Translations under genes and position numbers: made by a program | Assembly: GCA_034722435.1 (NCBI GenBank) | Contig: JAYENX010000012.1 | Location: 1-17,207, forward strand | Direction: 5' to 3' | DNA: 17,207 nucleotides | Source of the DNA: Nanobdellota archaeon | Lineage (GTDB): Archaea > Nanobdellota > Nanobdellia > Woesearchaeales > JAHWHD01 | In this document: positions 1 to 8,026 of the stretch, one piece after another | Position numbering within the stretch: position 1 is the first letter of the stretch | Layout: each line of letters opens with the position of its first letter | The notes under the pieces: model-generated | What the model saw: only the letters and a program-made list of their open reading frames with translations | The model's database searches: none | Told to the model about the DNA's origin: nothing

Positions 1-2337
1 ATGAAAAATTCATCTTTAGTAAATGTAACTGATGTTTATGATTTTCCAAGAGTTGAAGCTTATCGTGCGTTAAATGATGCGTGTGATGGGGCGGACTCTA
101 GTTATAGAAATACTACTTATTATTATGATAGTGATTTGGATGCTTATGGTAATTCTTCTGTTACTTTAGATTATTGTTTCCTTCCTTGGAGTTATATTGA
201 TAATTCTAATGATTGTGATGATTTTAATTCGTCTATAAATCCGCTTGGTTCTGAGATTTTATGCGATGGTATTGACCAAGATTGTAGTGGTGCGGATTTA
301 AATGGTACGGATAATGATTTAGATGGTTATATGGTTGAAGGTGGTTATTGTGGTCTTGTAGATTGTAATGATACCAATTCAAGTATTAATCCAGGTGCTT
401 ATGATGTTCCTTGTGATGGTGTTGATCAGGATTGTAGTGGTGCGGATTTAAATGGTACTGATGCTGATTCAGATGGTTATATGGTTGAAGGTGGTCTTTG
501 TGGTGCTGTAGATTGTAATGATATTAATGTTTCAATAAATCCTGATGCAACTGAAATTGCGTGTGATGGTATTGACCAGGATTGTAGTGGTGCGGATTTA
601 AATGGTACTGATAATGATTTAGATGGTTATATGCTTGAAGGTGGTTTTTGTGGTCTTGTAGATTGTAATGATACCAATTCAAGTATTAATCCAGGTGTTG
701 CTGAATCTGTTTGTGATGGTATGGATGATAATTGTGATGGTAATGTTGATGAGAATCTGACTACTATTTATTATTATGATTTTGATAATGATACTTATGG
801 TAATGCTACTGATTATTTAGATGTTTGTTCTATACCTTCTGGTTATGTTTCTGATAATCAAGATTGTAATGATGCTTTGGATTCAGTTGCACCTAACGCG
901 TCTGAAACTTTGAATGGGGTTGACGATAATTGTAATGGTTTTGTTGATGAGGGTCTGGTTTCCGGAAATGCAACTGATATATTCTCAACAACATTTACAG
1001 ATATTAATGTAACTGTTAATGCAACGGATGAACTTAATCAAACATTTGAAGGCGATGTTTCTGTAGTAATTAATGCTGATAATAATACGGCTGTAGAATT
1101 TACTTTTGATTTTGATAATAATTATCTTAATCTTTCTGCGATAGTTATTGAGCGTCAGACAGGGAATGATTCTGGCTCGGTTATAATTTCAGGAGTTAAC
1201 CTTTCGGAACAAGGAGGTACAAAGACTGTTTATTTAGATGACTTGAATAAGTCTGTTTCGGGTGTATGTATAAAAGATGCAGAAATATCTTCAATTACTG
1301 AGATAAGTGATTATTGTAATGGTACTAATGAGTTTTCTATTGATTGTAGTAGCACAGGTTATACTTTGAATGGTTATACTTGCACAGATCTTGGGGGCAG
1401 ACTTAAGATTGAAGGTTTAAATAATTCTGGTGTTAAAGAGTTTGAAGCTTGCACTGATATAGATGGGGATGGTTATGGTGTTGGTTGTGCTTTAGGTGTT
1501 GATTGTGATGATACGGATGAAAGCGTGAATCCTGGAGAGACTGAAGTTTGTGGTGATGGTATTGATAATGATTGTGATGGTTCTGATTCTGCTTGTAGGT
1601 CTAGTAGTTCCGGTGGTGGCGGCGGAGGTGGCGGTGGAGCGTCTTACGCAGGTAATTATTCTGCAACCGGAGGCTCTTCAGAAACAAGGTATTTCGTTAG
1701 TATTGAACCTAATAAAGAGGTTTCTATGGATATTGTAAGAGATGAATTAAGTGTTATAAAGACGAGTTTTAAGTCAAAATCTGCTAAAGAAGTTGTGAAA
1801 TTGAAGGTTGCTAAAAAAGATAGTTTGCCTTCAAATGTTCCTTCAGTTGATGATGTTCATGAGTATATTGAAGTTTTGACTGAAGGTATTGAAGATTCTG
1901 ATATTTCTGAAGCTAAGATTGAGTTTGCAGTTTCTAAATCTTTTGTAAAGGATGGTTATGAAGTTGTATTGAAAAGGTATGAAAGTGAGTGGGTTGATCT
2001 TGAGACTGAACTTATTGATTCGGATTCTGATTATTTTTATTATAGTGCTGTTACTCCTGGTTTTAGTTATTTTGCAATAAGTTTGAAACAAGCTGAAGTT
2101 GTGATTGAAGAGGTTGTAGATGAAGTGGAAGACATTGTAATTGAAATTGGTGACCAAGAAGTGTTTACTACTCAAGAAAGTGTTGAGGATTTAGAACCTG
2201 TTGTTGAACAACCTGTGAATGATAGAAAGTCTTTATGGTTTGGGTTAGTGATTGTATTGATTGCTTTTTTAGTGATATATGAAGTTAGTGGTGGGAATAA
2301 GAAGCTGAAAAAAAAGAATCGTAAATTGTTTACTTAA
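1..2337 (+). CDS. Cell-surface protein: Cys/Asp-rich putative metal-binding (MopE-like) repeats, Ser/Gly linker, PGF-pre-PGF domain and C-terminal membrane anchor; probably 5'-truncated by the window edge
   Basis: Repeated DC(N/D)D...(I/V)NP(G/D)...CDG(I/V)D(Q/N/D)(D/N)C(S/D)G units. SSSSGGGGGGGGG linker. YYYSAVTPGFSYFAI is typical of PGF-pre-PGF domains. Hydrophobic LWFGLVIVLIAFLVIY is followed by a basic tail. Many NxS/T sequons. No signal peptide after the first Met, so the real start is probably upstream. Confidence 0.85.
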   Translation: MKNSSLVNVTDVYDFPRVEAYRALNDACDGADSSYRNTTYYYDSDLDAYGNSSVTLDYCFLPWSYIDNSNDCDDFNSSINPLGSEILCDGIDQDCSGADLNGTDNDLDGYMVEGGYCGLVDCNDTNSSINPGAYDVPCDGVDQDCSGADLNGTDADSDGYMVEGGLCGAVDCNDINVSINPDATEIACDGIDQDCSGADLNGTDNDLDGYMLEGGFCGLVDCNDTNSSINPGVAESVCDGMDDNCDGNVDENLTTIYYYDFDNDTYGNATDYLDVCSIPSGYVSDNQDCNDALDSVAPNASETLNGVDDNCNGFVDEGLVSGNATDIFSTTFTDINVTVNATDELNQTFEGDVSVVINADNNTAVEFTFDFDNNYLNLSAIVIERQTGNDSGSVIISGVNLSEQGGTKTVYLDDLNKSVSGVCIKDAEISSITEISDYCNGTNEFSIDCSSTGYTLNGYTCTDLGGRLKIEGLNNSGVKEFEACTDIDGDGYGVGCALGVDCDDTDESVNPGETEVCGDGIDNDCDGSDSACRSSSSGGGGGGGGGASYAGNYSATGGSSETRYFVSIEPNKEVSMDIVRDELSVIKTSFKSKSAKEVVKLKVAKKDSLPSNVPSVDDVHEYIEVLTEGIEDSDISEAKIEFAVSKSFVKDGYEVVLKRYESEWVDLETELIDSDSDYFYYSAVTPGFSYFAISLKQAEVVIEEVVDEVEDIVIEIGDQEVFTTQESVEDLEPVVEQPVNDRKSLWFGLVIVLIAFLVIYEVSGGNKKLKKKNRKLFT
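214..740 (+). repeat. Intragenic 150-nt (50-aa) tandem repeats
   Basis: gattgtagtggtgcggatttaaatggtac recurs exactly at 280, 430 and 580. Confidence 0.95.
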
Positions 2338-2339
2338 TA

Positions 2340-3314
2340 TTATTGAGACATTTTTTTAAGATAATCTTTAAGAAGATCTTTTGTTTTTTGTTTGGTTTCA
2401 TTATCTATATCTATTTTATCTATTTCTTTATTCCAGTTTATGTTAGGAAGTTTTGTTAATGTTCCTAAGAATTCTCTTCCTTCTTGTTTTATGTATTTTT
2501 CAATTTGTTTTGCTCCGTCTGAATTGAACTTTTTAGTTGCAGGAAATTTTGTTATTGCGTTAGCTCCTGCTTTTATGAGCCACGGAACATCGTCAACTCT
2601 TCTTGCAGTGATTCCTGCAATAATTTCGAGTTTAGGGAATTTAATTCTTGTTTTAGCAACCCATTCTGCATAGTATTTTGTTTCAGGTCCTTCAGTGTAA
2701 GGTGTTCCTGTGATGGGTTTTAAGGCGTAGAAAGTGATTCTTTCTACTTCGTATTTTTCAATGAATTTAAAGAGTAAGTCTATGTGTTCAGGTTTTTCTC
2801 CTAGACCTATAACTATAGTTATTGATTTTTTTAAATTTCCTGAATAATTGAACATGTCAATATATTGTTGAATTGGTTTGTTTGGACAGATATCTTCGTG
2901 TAGTTTTGGTTCGATAGTTTCAATAGATGAGACAATGCCTTCAATATATGGTTTGAACTTTTCAAGGTCTTCTTGTTCTAAAGCGCCAAGGTTGAGCCAA
3001 ATTTTTTCTCCATAAATATCTGAAACTAGTTTAGTTATCTTGATAAGGTCTTTCATAGGGAATATTTTGTATCCTCCTGTTAAGAATTCAATACGCCATC
3101 CGAGATGTTTTGCAAGTAATGCTTCTACGATTATTGAGGGTATGGAACGTCTTGCGTTTTTTGCGTGTTTGATTCTGTCTTTAATGGTTGAACGGTAGCA
3201 GAACTTACAAGTGCCGACATCGCAGTACCAGCTTAAGAAAATGCATCTTCCAAACCATGCAATAGGTTTGAAGTTTTCAGCGTATACTTTTGATGCTTGT
3301 TTAAACATATCCAT
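2340..3314 (-). CDS. Radical SAM protein, biotin-synthase-like archaeal family; substrate unknown
   Basis: N-terminal Cys triad WYCDVGTCKFCY (CX4CX2C), an FLTGG motif, and TIM-barrel-like segments (IETIEPKLHEDICPNK, ITIVIGLGE, FYALKPITGTP, GANAIT). A TATA-like TTTAAAAA on the minus strand (3344-3337) lies about 23 nt before the ATG. Confidence 0.9.
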   Translation of the reverse strand: MDMFKQASKVYAENFKPIAWFGRCIFLSWYCDVGTCKFCYRSTIKDRIKHAKNARRSIPSIIVEALLAKHLGWRIEFLTGGYKIFPMKDLIKITKLVSDIYGEKIWLNLGALEQEDLEKFKPYIEGIVSSIETIEPKLHEDICPNKPIQQYIDMFNYSGNLKKSITIVIGLGEKPEHIDLLFKFIEKYEVERITFYALKPITGTPYTEGPETKYYAEWVAKTRIKFPKLEIIAGITARRVDDVPWLIKAGANAITKFPATKKFNSDGAKQIEKYIKQEGREFLGTLTKLPNINWNKEIDKIDIDNETKQKTKDLLKDYLKKMSQ

Positions 3315-3400
3315 GATGATGAATATGGAAGGGTTGTTTTTAAAGGTTTAGTTAATAATTAATTAGAAAAAAGTTTTGCTTGAAAGCACGATTAGAATAA

Positions 3401-3486
3401 AGCCCCTGGGGAGAGTTGCACTCCCGACCTTCTGCTATCTCTTGATTAATACGAGGCAGACGCAATAGCTACTATGCTACAGGGGC
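3401..3486 (-). tRNA. tRNA-Thr(CGT) with a 13-nt intron at canonical position 37/38 (intron 3437-3449); CCA not encoded
   Basis: Minus strand: acceptor stem GCCCCTG/CAGGGGC with discriminator T. Anticodon stem TCTGC/GCAGA with loop CT-CGT-A[TTAATCAAGAGAT]A. T-arm GGGAG-TGCAACT-CTCCC. The intron forms a relaxed bulge-helix-bulge in which C32/U33/C34 pair with intron GAG. Confidence 0.93.
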
Positions 3487-3501
3487 ATTGTTTTGTGATT
3501 T

Positions 3502-3660
3502 TTATTTTAGATTATCTAGCATTTCTTGTTTAGTTTGGAACTTTTTCTGGCATTCAAAACAAATATTATGTTTTTTACCTTTTTCGTTTTTAACAATAGT
3601 TCCTACTAATTTCTTAAGAAATGTAGTGCTTATTTTTTTGTTGCAAATATCGCATTTCAT
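3502..3660 (-). CDS. Small 52-aa zinc-finger-like protein, absent from the ORF track
   Basis: Manual translation MKCDICNKKISTTFLKKLVGTIVKNEKGKKHNICFECQKKFQTKQEMLDNLK* contains two CxxC pairs. A TATA box TTTATAAA (3690-3683) lies about 23 nt upstream of the ATG. Confidence 0.85.
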   Translation of the reverse strand: MKCDICNKKISTTFLKKLVGTIVKNEKGKKHNICFECQKKFQTKQEMLDNLK

Positions 3661-3683
3661 AATGTAGAAAATAAATTGTGAAT

Positions 3684-3968
3684 TTATAAAGCTTGTTGTT
3701 GTGCAGTTGTTTCAAGTTTACTTGCTACTTCTCTTTTCCTTTCTTCAATTCTTTTTTTATATATCTCGGGGTTGTTTTGATATTCGTTTTGCAAGGTGTC
3801 AAAGAGTACTAGCATGTTAGGATATCCTTGGATAATTTCTAAAGCTAGATGTCCAATTCTAGTTCTTTCTCCAATGAAATAATTCTCGCTATCCATTATT
3901 CCGAAATCTAATTTGTCATTTACAAATGTATACCCTACAGGTTTATTCTGAAATTTAGATAAGTTCAT
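3684..3968 (-). CDS. Hypothetical protein (94 aa)
   Basis: Occupies otherwise empty space and has a TATA-like TTTATAAT about 24 nt upstream. No recognisable motif. Confidence 0.65.
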   Translation of the reverse strand: MNLSKFQNKPVGYTFVNDKLDFGIMDSENYFIGERTRIGHLALEIIQGYPNMLVLFDTLQNEYQNNPEIYKKRIEERKREVASKLETTAQQQAL

Positions 3969-4024
3969 AGTTTAGTAGTGGACTTAGGATAATTATAAAA
4001 CTTTCTAGAATAACTTTTAAATAT

Positions 4025-4312
4025 TTAGAACAATCCTTTAAATTTAGAAGATGATTTACCTGCTTTTGCAAGTTCTAAAGTGTTTAGTTCTCCGCAAAGT
4101 GCTTGGAATACATCATGTACTTTTTTAAGATCTTCTTTTTCTTTCCACGCGACATCGCCACAGTCTATTTCCTCTCTAATACGATGGTTAATTTTGTCAG
4201 CAAGATGTTCGAGAAATGAGATGTGTTCACGTACTTTGGATTTACTTTTATAGCCTTGCTTATGTAGCATAACTTTGATTTCTTTTAGAGAACGGGCTTC
4301 GTAATATTCCAT
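4025..4312 (-). CDS. Hypothetical protein (95 aa, probably helical)
   Basis: Non-overlapping ORF with a TATA-like TATATATA upstream. No recognisable motif. Confidence 0.65.
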   Translation of the reverse strand: MEYYEARSLKEIKVMLHKQGYKSKSKVREHISFLEHLADKINHRIREEIDCGDVAWKEKEDLKKVHDVFQALCGELNTLELAKAGKSSSKFKGLF

Positions 4313-4427
4313 ATTACTTATTAGTATATGGGGCTTATGTATATATATTTTTCCGTTATAATGTATATGTTATATGTATTTTTGAGTTTCTAAAATGATT
4401 TAAATAAAGTTCAGGTTTTGTTTTATT

Positions 4428-4961
4428 ATGAAGCGAAAAATTAGAAGAAGTAAACTGCAGATTAAGGGAAATGCTGAAATAACTAGGTTATTTAGTTTAA
4501 TGGACGGTGTTGAAGATGTGAAACAGTTAAAAAAAGTTAATGGTTTTACTTTACAGGATGCTGTTTTAGATCTTTTGGATGATTATAAAGTTCTTTATGT
4601 TGGTCAGGGTAAATATATTGATTGTCTTTTGATTGCGAAAGATGCAAAAAAAACTAGAATTTATACCGGAGTTGTATTTTCTGTGTTTGATTATAATTAT
4701 TTTGAGGAATTAAAGACTTCGCGAGGTCATGTTTATTTTATGAGGTTTAAACCTGAAGGAGTATCTGTTGCAACATTATTAAGAGATGTTAAGAGAAGAG
4801 TTTCACAGATCGATAATCCTTATGCTAATTGTACTTTTAAAAAGGATAAAAATGCTCTTAAATGTATGTTTGGTCGAAATCTTAGTAATCCTGAGGATAG
4901 GGATAGTTTGACTGAAATTATGGAAGCGGTTGAAAAAACTTATTTATCGCGTAAGAATTGA
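4428..4961 (+). CDS. Hypothetical protein (177 aa)
   Basis: Non-overlapping ORF with a TATA-like TTTAAATA (4399-4406) about 22 nt upstream. No recognisable motif. Confidence 0.75.
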   Translation: MKRKIRRSKLQIKGNAEITRLFSLMDGVEDVKQLKKVNGFTLQDAVLDLLDDYKVLYVGQGKYIDCLLIAKDAKKTRIYTGVVFSVFDYNYFEELKTSRGHVYFMRFKPEGVSVATLLRDVKRRVSQIDNPYANCTFKKDKNALKCMFGRNLSNPEDRDSLTEIMEAVEKTYLSRKN

Positions 4962-4968
4962 TGATTGG

Positions 4969-5086
4969 TATGAAATCCTTTCGCTCATCTGCTGTAATTT
5001 AATATATTGAATACAGCCCCTGTATTGTCTGACGATTGGCATCTTGATTCGCTGGCTGTTCCAAGCGAGGATTTCATATAAGCCAG
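4969..5086. ncRNA. Candidate structured RNA element of unknown family
   Basis: GC-enriched intergenic stretch. 4969-4985 pairs with 5064-5078 (15 bp with a 2-nt bulge). Inner hairpin gctgta/tacagc (4991-4996 with 5012-5017). ctggct (5052-5057) is complementary to agccag (5081-5086). Confidence 0.4.
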
Positions 5087-5099
5087 ATTTGAGGTAAAC

Positions 5100-5107
5100 T
5101 TTAAAAA
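5100..5107 (+). promoter_or_regulatory. Archaeal TATA box for ABCE1 (likely leaderless mRNA)
   Basis: TTTAAAAA preceded by purine-rich gaggtaaa; it ends 23 nt before ATG 5131. Confidence 0.6.
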
Positions 5108-5130
5108 CTGCTGTTTAATCTATTTCTAAT

Positions 5131-6894
5131 ATGGTAAGGATAGCTATTGTTGATAAGGAAAAGTGTCGGAACGGTATTTACTGTGATTTTGTATGTGGCG
5201 GAGTATGTCCTGTGAATCGAACTGGTAAAGAATGTATAGTTCTTGATCCTGATGATAATAAACCTATAATTAATGAAGAACTTTGTATTGGTTGTGGTAT
5301 CTGTCCAAGGAAATGTCCTTTTGGTGCGCTTAAGATTATTAATTTGCCAGAGGCTTTAGATAAAGAGCCTATACATAGATATGGTCGGAACGGGTTTCAT
5401 CTTTATTCGTTGCCAATACCTATATTTGGAAAAGTTGTTGGTGTAGTTGGGAAGAATGGTATTGGTAAATCGACAGCTATAAAGATTCTATCAGGTATTT
5501 TGAAACCTAATCTTGGAAAAGATGGCGATGTAGGGTATGAAAAGGTTATTGAATATTTTAAAGGGACTGAAGCGCAATCATACTTTGAGAAAGTTAAAGA
5601 AGGAAAGATAAAAGTGGCTTATAAGCCTCAAGCTGTAGAACTTATACCTAAACAGTTTGATGGGAAGGTAAAGGATTTACTTAAAAATATTGATGAGAAG
5701 GATGCTTTTGATGAAGTTGTTAGGGAGCTTGAACTTGAAAAGTTTTTGGATACTGATATTAAATCTATCAGTGGTGGTGAGTTACAAAGAGTGGCAATAG
5801 CTGCGACTGTTTTGAAAAAAGCTGATGTTTATTTTTTTGATGAGCCGACTTCGTACCTTGATATAAAGCAAAGGTTGAAAGTTTCTAATTTTATAAGAAG
5901 ACTTGCTACACCTTTTGTTGCCGTTGTTGTGATTGAACACGATTTAATAATACTTGATTATATGACTGATTTAGTGCATCTTATGTACGGTAAAGAGGCT
6001 GCTTATGGTATAGTTTCGTTGACAAAGTCTACGAGAGTTGGTATAAATATTTATCTTTCAGGTTTCTTACGTGAAGAAAATATACGGTTTAGAAGTAAAG
6101 AGATTAAGTTTTTTGCAAGGCCTCCTGAAGAAGCTAAACATAATACTTTGTTGACTTCATGGAAAGGGATAAAAAAGCAGCTAGGTAATTTTAGTTTGGA
6201 AGCTCTTGAAGGTTCAGTTCATAAAAAGGATGTTATTAGTATTGTTGGAGAGAATGGTATAGGTAAAACTTCTTTTGTTAAGATTTTAGCAGATGTGATT
6301 GAACCTGACTCTGGAGAGGTCGGCGAGGGTGTAGTGGTTTCATATAAGCCTCAGTATATTGATATTGGAGATTCTGATGAATTGGTTATGAATGTGTTAA
6401 AAGATGCAGTTGAGAATTATAAAGCTCAATTGATACAGCCGTTAGAGATTGATCATTTATTGTTGAGGGAGGTTAATGAGTTGTCGGGTGGAGAATTACA
6501 AAGAGTTGCTATCGCATTATGTCTTTCGCGTAAAGCAGATTTATATTTATTAGATGAACCATCTGCTTATTTAGATGTAGAGCAGAGGTTAATTGTTTCG
6601 AAGATTGTACGTGATGTAATGGAATTTAGAGGTACAACTGCTTTAGTTGTTGATCATGATCTTTTGTTTGTTGATTATTTGTCGCATAAGATACTTGTCT
6701 TCGATGGTGAACCTGCTGTTAAAGGTAAAGCTCTTGGTCCGTTTGATATGAAACAAGGTATGTCTAAGTTTTTGAAAGATTTAGGTATTACTTTTAGAAG
6801 AGATGATGAGACTTTAAGACCTAGAGCTAATAAACCTGGTTCTGTAAAAGATAGAGAACAAAGAAGTAGTGGAAACTACTACTATGTTAATTAG
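5131..6894 (+). CDS. rli: Ribosome recycling/biogenesis ATPase ABCE1 (RNase L inhibitor homolog, RLI)
   Basis: N-terminal Fe-S Cys motifs (CxxxCxxxCP...CIGCGICPRKCP) and two ABC domains: Walker A GKNGIGKS and GENGIGKT, signature SGGELQRVAIA twice, Walker B FFDEP and LLDEP, and the C-terminal TFRRD...RPRANK motif. Confidence 0.98.
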   Translation: MVRIAIVDKEKCRNGIYCDFVCGGVCPVNRTGKECIVLDPDDNKPIINEELCIGCGICPRKCPFGALKIINLPEALDKEPIHRYGRNGFHLYSLPIPIFGKVVGVVGKNGIGKSTAIKILSGILKPNLGKDGDVGYEKVIEYFKGTEAQSYFEKVKEGKIKVAYKPQAVELIPKQFDGKVKDLLKNIDEKDAFDEVVRELELEKFLDTDIKSISGGELQRVAIAATVLKKADVYFFDEPTSYLDIKQRLKVSNFIRRLATPFVAVVVIEHDLIILDYMTDLVHLMYGKEAAYGIVSLTKSTRVGINIYLSGFLREENIRFRSKEIKFFARPPEEAKHNTLLTSWKGIKKQLGNFSLEALEGSVHKKDVISIVGENGIGKTSFVKILADVIEPDSGEVGEGVVVSYKPQYIDIGDSDELVMNVLKDAVENYKAQLIQPLEIDHLLLREVNELSGGELQRVAIALCLSRKADLYLLDEPSAYLDVEQRLIVSKIVRDVMEFRGTTALVVDHDLLFVDYLSHKILVFDGEPAVKGKALGPFDMKQGMSKFLKDLGITFRRDDETLRPRANKPGSVKDREQRSSGNYYYVN

Positions 6895-7801
6895 GTTTTG
6901 GAGTTACAAAAACTTTCATTCGGTCAATTTGTTTTCCATATTTTGCCAAAAATGTCATATCTCCTTTTGAAATTGCTTCGTTGTATGGAACCCACAAGTT
7001 TCTGTATTTTACAAATGAGTCGTGCATAAATTCTGCTATGTTAAGAAGTTCTGTTTTATCTCCTCTAGCTTCTTGTTGAGCCATATATGCTTCTCTGCTA
7101 ATGGTTCTTTCAAGGTCCATCCAAGGTATGTCTGTACTTTTACCATTAGGTTTTACACCTATAGTGTTGATGTATATAGGGATACCAAATTTTGAAAGGC
7201 ATGCTCTTACAATGAATGGTGATATAACGTCTAAATCTTTTTTGTATACTGGATTAGCGAAGTGTTGTTCGCCTTCGTATGCAAAAGAATTTCTTACATT
7301 TCTTTTACTTTTAAGCGCGTCTATAAGTGATCCTTCTTTATTATTTCCTACTGCGAAATTTCCTACGATTCCTGTTTCGCCATTGTACTGTTCAAGAGCT
7401 GTTCCTATTATTGCTAATCTTCTTGACATTACTGTAGCGGGATATTTTATATTCGGAGAGGCAGTTTTGACATTACCTACTTTTTCGTATATTTTTCCTG
7501 CAAGAATGAAATATATGGATGCTTTTTTAATGGCTCTCATGTTGGATGAACCGTTAGGTTTGAATTGAGCCAAGGTTTGAGCTCTTTCTTCGAGACATTG
7601 TGCTAGATGAAAGTTATCTCTTGCTGATCTTTTTTTTCTAATTAATTCAGATATTACTCCTTCCATTTCCGGATCTTCTATGGCGTCGTCAACTCTATCT
7701 AGTAAAAGTTCTAAATGTAAAGTTCGCGATTCTCTTTCTGCATCTGCATTTCTTATTAAATTTTGGTGATATTCTTCTTTGTTCATTTTTATTGTCCTCA
7801 T
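6887..7801 (-). CDS. Hypothetical protein (304 aa)
   Basis: Long ORF filling the space between ABCE1 and the kinase operon, with an 8-nt convergent overlap with ABCE1. No recognisable motif. Confidence 0.8.
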   Translation of the reverse strand: MRTIKMNKEEYHQNLIRNADAERESRTLHLELLLDRVDDAIEDPEMEGVISELIRKKRSARDNFHLAQCLEERAQTLAQFKPNGSSNMRAIKKASIYFILAGKIYEKVGNVKTASPNIKYPATVMSRRLAIIGTALEQYNGETGIVGNFAVGNNKEGSLIDALKSKRNVRNSFAYEGEQHFANPVYKKDLDVISPFIVRACLSKFGIPIYINTIGVKPNGKSTDIPWMDLERTISREAYMAQQEARGDKTELLNIAEFMHDSFVKYRNLWVPYNEAISKGDMTFLAKYGKQIDRMKVFVTPKPN

Positions 7802-7997
7802 AAACCTTAATGTATATATTTTATATGCTGAAAGTCTTCCGGATTTTTAAAGCTTTTGCAAGTTTCGTATATAAATCTTTAAATATAAACCTCGGTGAAT
7901 TTCTGTTTTATTGGGGTGGGCTGGTTATTTGGTGGTTAAGTTAGTTAGATTCTGGTTTAGGTTATGTTACTTCTGTTAAGGGGTCAAAATAGTTATC

Positions 7998-8005
7998 TTT
8001 ATAAA
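7998..8005 (+). promoter_or_regulatory. TATA box of the RHH-kinase operon
   Basis: TTTATAAA preceded by A-rich caaaatag; it ends about 22 nt before ATG 8027. Confidence 0.7.
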
Positions 8006-8026
8006 TGATTAATAGTTTTTATTAAG

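Noticed and set aside
1550-2673. Track ORFs 1550-1738, 1843-2175 and 2392-2673
   Set aside because: They are alternative-frame or antisense shadows inside well-supported genes, with low-complexity translations.
3401-4961. Integrated element at the tRNA 3' end carrying the orphan ORFs
   Set aside because: No integrase and no duplicated tRNA 3' segment in the window, and the orphans lie on the 5' side of the tRNA.
4969-5086. Assignment of the structured element to hammerhead, HDV-like ribozyme, SRP helix 8, SAM-I or cobalamin riboswitch, C/D sRNA or 5S rRNA
   Set aside because: Only fragments match (CTGACGA without a following GAAA; CCTCGCT and GCGAA without P1.1; CAGG...AGCAG with wrong spacing and no GNRA loop; TGATGA too far from CTGA). 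No complete consensus can be built by eye.
5131-6894. ABCE1/RLI as a component of an antiviral system with the kinases
   Set aside because: It is a near-universal archaeal housekeeping gene with its own promoter, separated from the kinases by a convergent ORF. The name RNase L inhibitor does not imply immunity here.
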